Assembly: GCA_965261395.1 (NCBI GenBank)
Contig: OZ253462.1
Coordinates: 6,240,001 to 6,304,000, forward strand
Source: Candidatus Latescibacterota bacterium
Lineage (GTDB): Bacteria > Latescibacterota > UBA2968 > UBA8231
Direction: 5' to 3'
DNA length: 64,000 nt
The notes beneath the pieces were generated by a model, which ran no database searches, was not told the origin of the DNA, and was given only the letters and a program-made list of their open reading frames with translations. Both the position numbers and the translations under genes were made by a program. Each line of letters begins with the position of its first letter. The stretch's first letter is position 1. Of this stretch, positions 58,073 through 64,000 are shown one piece after another.

Positions 58073-60301
58073 ATGAAAGCAGCAATTGGATGTCTCGTCG
58101 GATTAGTTTTTGGAATCTCGGCGTCGGCGGAGCCGCTGCTTGAGGGTCGGGTGCGGCTGGAATCTGGACAACCCGTCGCCGACGCGCAGGTGCAGCTATT
58201 CGATTTGACCGACCTGCGGCAGGGAGCCATTGCCCGCGCGATGACCGATGGCAGGGGGTATTTCGCGCTGCCGTTAGCCGCGCCGACGGGGCGGGCGTTG
58301 CCGGCGCGGTTCGCGTTGGGGCCGAATTATCCCAATCCATTTAATCCCTCGACGATCATTCCCTATCAACTGGCGGCTTCGTCCCAAGTGCGACTGGAGG
58401 TGTTTAACCTGCTGGGACAGCGCATAGCGACGTTAGTGGATGAGGAACGGTCGGCAGGGATGCACACGGCGACGTGGCACGCGGTGGATAGGTCGGGTCG
58501 GGCGGTAGCAGCGGGGGTGTATATCTACCGTATGACGGTAGGCGAGGAGCGCCAGACGGGGCGGATGGTGCTTATCGACGGGCAGGCCGGGATTCCGGCG
58601 GCGGGGGCCGCAGGGCCGATGCCGATGCAGGCGTCCGCTTTGGAGCGCGTGGAAGCGGATGCAGGCGTCTATGGGTTGACCGTGGCAGGCGAGGGCTTGG
58701 TCGCGTATGTGAACCCGGCTTTTCGGGTGGGGGTTGACGAGGTGGATATCGTGGTTGAAGAACACAGCGGCATTCCGCGGATGAAGCTGGTGGCAGGCGG
58801 GATTTTGGGAGATGTGAACAACGATGGGCAAGTCGATGCCTCTGATGCGCTGTATGTGCTGCTGTATATCGAAGGCAGCTCCATCGCTCTCTCTAGCAAC
58901 GGCGACATTTCCCTCGGCGACCTAAACAAAGATGGTACGGTTGATTTCGCTGACGCCGTGCTCTTTGTCCGCTATCTCGCTAATCCATCCGATCCGGCGT
59001 TGCCGTCAGGGATCGGCGAGCCGGTGGTTGCGACCACCGCTTCGCAAATGTGGAAGCTGTACTGGACGGCTCGGGGTAAGATCCAGCGTTCCAACCTCGA
59101 CGGCAGCGGCGTCGAAGACCTCGTCACCACCGGAGTGGGGACCCCAGAAAGCATCGCGTTGGATGTGTCCGGCGGCAAGATGTACTGGACGGCTTGGAAT
59201 AAGATCCAGCGTTCCAACCTCGACGGCAGCAGCGGCGTCGAAGACCTCGTCACCGCAGGAGTGGGGGCCCTAGAAGGCCTCGCGTTGGATGTGTCCGGCG
59301 GCAAGCTGTACTGGACGCAGGATTCGGGTCAGATCCGTCGTTCCAACCTCGACGGCAGCGGCGTTGAAGACCTCGTCACCACAGGAGTGAGGGCCCCAAA
59401 TGGCCTCGCGTTGGATGTGTCCGGCGGCAAGCTGTACTGGACGGATCGGCTCGCGGATAAGATCCAGCGTTCCAACCTCGACGGCAGCGGCGTCGAAGAC
59501 CTCGTCACCTCAGGGTTGGACGAACCAGACGGCCTCGCGTTGGATGTGTCCGGCGGCAAGCTGTACTGGACGGATGGGAAATATAGCACGGCTAAGATCC
59601 GTCGTTCCAACCTCGACGGCAGCGGCGTCGAAGACCTCGTCACCACAGGAGTGAGGACCCCAGAAGGCATCGCGTTGGATATGTCCGGCGGCAAGCTGTA
59701 CTGGACGGATCAGCTCGCGGAAAAGATCCAGCGGTCCAACCTCAACGGCAGCGGCGTCGAAGACCTCGTCACCACAGGAGTGAGGACCCCAGAAGGCATC
59801 GCGTTGGGTTTTGTGCCCGTCGAGGCCGGGCCGGATTTGGTGGTGGAGGCATTAGTCAGCAAAAGCGTCCTGACGCCGGGGCAGCCGTTCACCCTGTCGG
59901 CGACGGTGCGCAACCGAGGCGACGAGCAAGCCGCCGCCACGATGCTGCGCTACTACCGCTCGGACAGCGCGACCATTGACGCCACCGATACACAACTCGG
60001 CACGGCCGCCGTGGACAGCCTTGCCTCCCTTGCTGAAAGAGCCTACTCGATTGACTTGACAGCTCCGACGAGTGAGGGGAGGTACTACTACGGGGCGTGT
60101 GTCGAAAGCTTCGCCGGCGAGCGCAACATCAACAACAACTGCACCGATGCAAGTGTGGTCGTTAGACGTAAACGCCAATCATCCTCATTACCCCAATGTT
60201 ATATAGGTAAGACACTCTTCGGAGGACAGAGCTGTATAACCTCAGACGGAAGAATACTTACCTGCGATCCCGGCAAAATTTGCACAGTAGTCTCTCAGTA
60301 G
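58073..60301 (+). CDS. Paralog of 52125: FlgD-Ig, dockerin-like, YWTD propeller, CARDB-like, Cys-rich tail
   Basis: First ~250 aa near-identical to 52125; YWT repeats; different tail. Confidence 0.85.
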   Translation: MKAAIGCLVGLVFGISASAEPLLEGRVRLESGQPVADAQVQLFDLTDLRQGAIARAMTDGRGYFALPLAAPTGRALPARFALGPNYPNPFNPSTIIPYQLAASSQVRLEVFNLLGQRIATLVDEERSAGMHTATWHAVDRSGRAVAAGVYIYRMTVGEERQTGRMVLIDGQAGIPAAGAAGPMPMQASALERVEADAGVYGLTVAGEGLVAYVNPAFRVGVDEVDIVVEEHSGIPRMKLVAGGILGDVNNDGQVDASDALYVLLYIEGSSIALSSNGDISLGDLNKDGTVDFADAVLFVRYLANPSDPALPSGIGEPVVATTASQMWKLYWTARGKIQRSNLDGSGVEDLVTTGVGTPESIALDVSGGKMYWTAWNKIQRSNLDGSSGVEDLVTAGVGALEGLALDVSGGKLYWTQDSGQIRRSNLDGSGVEDLVTTGVRAPNGLALDVSGGKLYWTDRLADKIQRSNLDGSGVEDLVTSGLDEPDGLALDVSGGKLYWTDGKYSTAKIRRSNLDGSGVEDLVTTGVRTPEGIALDMSGGKLYWTDQLAEKIQRSNLNGSGVEDLVTTGVRTPEGIALGFVPVEAGPDLVVEALVSKSVLTPGQPFTLSATVRNRGDEQAAATMLRYYRSDSATIDATDTQLGTAAVDSLASLAERAYSIDLTAPTSEGRYYYGACVESFAGERNINNNCTDASVVVRRKRQSSSLPQCYIGKTLFGGQSCITSDGRILTCDPGKICTVVSQ

Positions 60302-60419
60302 CCGGCGATCCCGAGGCAGAGGACGAGACAGCCGTCGAGGCCGTCACTTGGGGAATCCTCATTTATGACCGTTTTAAGGGCAGTTAACCCTTTTGCTTGG
60401 GAGCCCTAAGGAGGACGAT

Positions 60420-60878
60420 ATGAAGGCACTAAGCGGATGTCTCATCGGCTTAGTTTTCATTGTCTCGGCGTCGGCGGAGCCGCTGCTTGAGGGTCGGGTG
60501 CGGCTGGAATCTGGACAACCCGTCGCCGACACGCAGGTGCAGCTATTCGATTTGACCAACCTACGGCAGGGAGCCATTGCCCGCGCGATGACCGATGGCA
60601 GGGGGTATTTCGCGCTGCCGTTAGCCGCGCCGACGGGCGGGGCACTGCCGGCGCGGTTCGCGTTGGGGCCGAATTATCCCAACCCGTTCAATCCGTCCAC
60701 GATTATTCCTTACCAGCTACCGACCGCTACCCATGTGCGCTTGGAGGTGTTTAACCTGCTGGGACAGCGTGTTGCGACGTTGGTGGATGGGACGCGACCG
60801 GCGGGCTTTCACACTCCACCCATGCGGCGACCACCGGCGCGCTTCTCCGCGGGCGGCGGTCGAAGAAAGGAACATTGA
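60420..60878 (+). pseudogene. Truncated FlgD-type paralog, copy of 54754..55212
   Basis: Same truncation junction [25 protein letters not shown]. Confidence 0.65.
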
Positions 60879-63800
60879 TGAAACGGCATTGCTTCACATC
60901 GTACCCCTTTTTCGCGTTAATCGGCCTCATTCTTTCGCCGCTGACGGTGGCCCATGCGTCGGACTTGCCGACCGGCAGCGTGCCTTTCTGCGCGCCGTTC
61001 GATTACGAGCAGTGGCGGCGGGAGCACCCTCGGCCTGCAGGCAAGCGGCTGGCGGCTTTGGACGCCGGCGAACCGCGCACGGTGCGGATGATCTACTTCC
61101 TGCCCAATGACCGCCCATATAGCGCAGCGGTATTCGGTTCGGTGAAAACAAAGATGCGCCAGATGCACACTTTTTTTGCCAATCAGATGTCCGCGCATGG
61201 ATATGGATCTGAGGGATTTCGCTCTGAAAAGGATGCTGCCGGCCAACCGCAGGTACATCGCGTCAATGGACAACATCCCCTGAGTCATTATTTAGAAAAC
61301 GACACCGCTGGCGCCATACTGGAGGAAATTGATTCGACCTTTGATATAGAGTCGAATATTTATTTCATCGTTATTGATACGAATGGCTCTGGAATCCGTT
61401 CAGGCGACCGGCTCTTTGATGGCGTTGGATCAGCATCGACGAAAAAGGGAGGCTTTGCGTTAGTCCCTTCTAAAAACAGTCTTGGGAGAGAATCCAATCT
61501 TGGGACAGATGCCCACGAACTGGGCCATGCCTTCGGTCTATATCACGATTTCCGTAACGACTCCTACCTGATGTCGTATGGATTCGTACCCGATAGGCTG
61601 TTCGACTCTGATCAGCTATTATCCGCTTGCAACGCTGACTTCCTCGCTGTGCATGCGTACTTCAATCGCCAAATCCCTACTGACACTGGGACACTGCACA
61701 CTATTGAAGAGTTGACTTCGTCTCCTATACATACAGCCGACCGGACAAGTGTCCCTGTCCGAATCAAAGTGCGCGATCCAGATGGATTGTCTCAGTTGAT
61801 GTTGTTGGCCCAAACAAAACGCCCGCATTTTGCCGAGGGATTTCAGGAAGTCAAGGATTGTCATGGATTTGACGGCCAGACAGATCACACCTTTGAATTC
61901 GATTATGATGGGGTTGTTCCATCTCTACCAGAGTCGGATTTCTACAGTTTCAGAGAACAATCCCTGATCGTCCAAGCCCTTGATGCTTTAGGTAATAGCG
62001 GTTTTTCTGATCGCTTTGAACTGATAAACAACAAGTTCAGGTCACCGATCGCTGATTTTACGGTTCCCATAGCTGAAGATGGGTTTATTTCTTCAATAAA
62101 TTTCTCTCCGGAAGGGAATCTTTACGCCTTCCAAGTGTCTCATGACGACAACAGGCTCAAACTGTTGAACGTGTCAACAGGACGATCTATCGCCAGCTTC
62201 CCACCTCGGGGGCATATTGATATACTCGCTTTTTCTGCCGATAACAAGTGGATGGCTTTAGAATCTGATGAGTACAACATTGAAGTGTGGGACATAGAAA
62301 ACATAAGGCGTCTTGTTACCATAGATGCCCCACATGAAGGAGACGCGTTCGGGTCTCCTGCGAAGATTGCTTCTTTAGTTTTTTCCCCCGATGGCAAGCT
62401 GTTGGCATCCGGCGGTTGGAGCGATTATGCCGTTCATCTATGGAATACAGCCAGAGGCGACCATGTCTCTACCCTTCCCAACAGTAACCGGGGCCCGATA
62501 CTATCTCTGGTTTTTTCCCCTGATGGCAAACTGTTGGCATCATTCAACAGCCGCGGCACGGTTAAGGTGTGGGACATAGCCTCAAGAAAGAATGTTGCCA
62601 CGATCAGGGCACATGAAGGGCCTGGGCCCTTTGATGTTTGGTCCTTTGATGGTTTGTCCTTTTCTGACGACGGCAAGCTGTTGGCGTCGGCAGGGGCATG
62701 GCGCGGTGACGACATAGAAACCTCGGAGATCAAGTTGTGGGATGTGGCCACAGGAGATCAGGTTGCCAGCCTTCCAGGCAGTGCTCCTTTGGTCTTTTCC
62801 CCTGATGGCAGGTTCATAGCATCAGGATCGGCGGCGCAGGCCAGATCGATTGATCTAGATGGGATAGAGGGAGGAATCACTCGAGGCAGTATAGTCGGCG
62901 GCGGATCGGTTAAGCTGTGGGATGTTAATACATGGGAGCCTGTCAACAGTTTTCCTACATTGTGGTATATTACCGAATTGGCTTTTTCTTCCGATATGAG
63001 ATTATTGGCAGAGAGTTCACTTTCCACAGTACGACTGTGGGATTTATCTGAGTGGACGAGGTCCCCTCCTCACAGCCTGGTGGAAACCTCCGACGATGAG
63101 CAACAGGAGACCGAGCAGGAGACCGAGCAGGAGACCGAGCAGGAGACCGAGCAGGAGACTACCACCGACGGGCAATCTGTGTCCCAGACCTTGGCTAAAG
63201 TCTCCGGCGAGGGCCAAGAAGGTCCGGCCAGCACACAACTGACTGAGCCGTTGGTGGCTTCGGTGGTGGATCAAGACGGCTCACCCCTTGCCGGGGTGGA
63301 CGTCACCTTTGCGATAACCGCAGGCGGAGGGATGCTATCAGCCACCACTGATACCAACCCTTGTACCGTTGGGTCCTCTACGTCGTCCACCACCGCCACC
63401 ACCGATGCCAACGGCCAAGCCGCGACCCGGCTGACGCTGGGCAGCGAGCCGGGAACGAACACGGTGGAGGCCACCGTCGAGGGGCTGGAGCCGGTGACCT
63501 TTACCGCTACCGCCGCTGAGCAAGCAATGCCCCATAGTCTGACCAAGGTCTGCGGCGATGATCAAGAAGGCACGGCCGGTGCGCTACTAGCCGAGCCGTT
63601 TGTGGTTTCGGTGGTAGATGAGGATGGTGCGGCGATGGCTGGGGTGGTCGTGTCGTTTGCGGTGACCGCAGGCGAGGGAACGCTGTTGTCTGCTACGGCC
63701 ACTACCAATGCCAACGGCCGTGCTATGACCTGGCTGACGCTGGGCAGCGAGCCGGGAACGAACACGGTGGAGGCCACCGTTGATGGTCTGGAGCCGGTGA

Positions 63801-64000
63801 CCTTTACCGCCACCGGGCAAGAGTCGCCCCTCGCTAGTCTTTTCGACACTTTTTTGGGGGGTGGCAAGCGGGTGGCCTTGCCCGATAGCCCGCAGTTGGC
63901 GCAAAACGCCCCCAATCCCTTCAACAGCGAGACGGTTTTGTCCTACTTCCTGCTGGAACCGGGTCCGACACATTTAGCAGTATTCGCACTGACTGGACAA
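60878..64000 (+). CDS. Secreted metzincin-like protein with WD40 repeats, Big_1 domains and FlgD/CTD-like tail (runs off the window)
   Basis: Absent from the ORF track because no stop falls in the window; ATG 60878 is in frame with the terminal PNPFNSETV; [28 protein letters not shown] repeats. Confidence 0.85.
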   Translation, partial: MKRHCFTSYPFFALIGLILSPLTVAHASDLPTGSVPFCAPFDYEQWRREHPRPAGKRLAALDAGEPRTVRMIYFLPNDRPYSAAVFGSVKTKMRQMHTFFANQMSAHGYGSEGFRSEKDAAGQPQVHRVNGQHPLSHYLENDTAGAILEEIDSTFDIESNIYFIVIDTNGSGIRSGDRLFDGVGSASTKKGGFALVPSKNSLGRESNLGTDAHELGHAFGLYHDFRNDSYLMSYGFVPDRLFDSDQLLSACNADFLAVHAYFNRQIPTDTGTLHTIEELTSSPIHTADRTSVPVRIKVRDPDGLSQLMLLAQTKRPHFAEGFQEVKDCHGFDGQTDHTFEFDYDGVVPSLPESDFYSFREQSLIVQALDALGNSGFSDRFELINNKFRSPIADFTVPIAEDGFISSINFSPEGNLYAFQVSHDDNRLKLLNVSTGRSIASFPPRGHIDILAFSADNKWMALESDEYNIEVWDIENIRRLVTIDAPHEGDAFGSPAKIASLVFSPDGKLLASGGWSDYAVHLWNTARGDHVSTLPNSNRGPILSLVFSPDGKLLASFNSRGTVKVWDIASRKNVATIRAHEGPGPFDVWSFDGLSFSDDGKLLASAGAWRGDDIETSEIKLWDVATGDQVASLPGSAPLVFSPDGRFIASGSAAQARSIDLDGIEGGITRGSIVGGGSVKLWDVNTWEPVNSFPTLWYITELAFSSDMRLLAESSLSTVRLWDLSEWTRSPPHSLVETSDDEQQETEQETEQETEQETEQETTTDGQSVSQTLAKVSGEGQEGPASTQLTEPLVASVVDQDGSPLAGVDVTFAITAGGGMLSATTDTNPCTVGSSTSSTTATTDANGQAATRLTLGSEPGTNTVEATVEGLEPVTFTATAAEQAMPHSLTKVCGDDQEGTAGALLAEPFVVSVVDEDGAAMAGVVVSFAVTAGEGTLLSATATTNANGRAMTWLTLGSEPGTNTVEATVDGLEPVTFTATGQESPLASLFDTFLGGGKRVALPDSPQLAQNAPNPFNSETVLSYFLLEPGPTHLAVFALTGQ
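63104..63159 (+). repeat. 12-bp coding tandem repeat (EQET linker)
   Basis: caggagaccgag about 4.7 times. Confidence 0.85.

Overview
GC-rich bacterial window. Gene content (PhyH dioxygenases, Gfo/Idh/MocA, amidohydrolases, many WD40/YWTD/LRR secreted proteins with FlgD-Ig/T9SS-CTD-like tails) suggests a Latescibacterota/Poribacteria-like, possibly sponge-associated organism; this is inference. Five zones: (1) 1-2.8 kb, a WD40 gene that has lost its C-terminal tail, plus remnants. (2) 2.95-17.7 kb, a compact 7-gene envelope operon: three paralogous proteins with 'TPNGDG..VAY' tails, two paralogous ~900-aa putative outer-membrane proteins, a TPR lipoprotein and a CBM9-like protein, closed by a terminator. 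(3) 17.8-39.7 kb, catabolic and transport genes interrupted by a 6.2-kb integrase-less island (27.83-34.07 kb). The island is flanked by a perfect 31-bp repeat of a gene 3' end and carries decayed vapBC modules, cargo genes with a shared leader repeat, and an ORF-less group II intron (32123-32874) inserted in one leader copy. (4) 39.7-48.2 kb, an 8.2-kb insert of secreted-protein genes flanked by a ~285-bp duplicate of a phyH 3' end. (5) 48.2-64 kb, a beta-propeller/Y_Y_Y-AAA+-HTH activator lacking GAFTGA, a divergent sigma54-type promoter, and a tandem array of modular secreted proteins with swapped internal and terminal domains. No rRNA, tRNA, CRISPR array, integrase or reverse transcriptase was seen. 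All family assignments come from motif recognition, not database searches.
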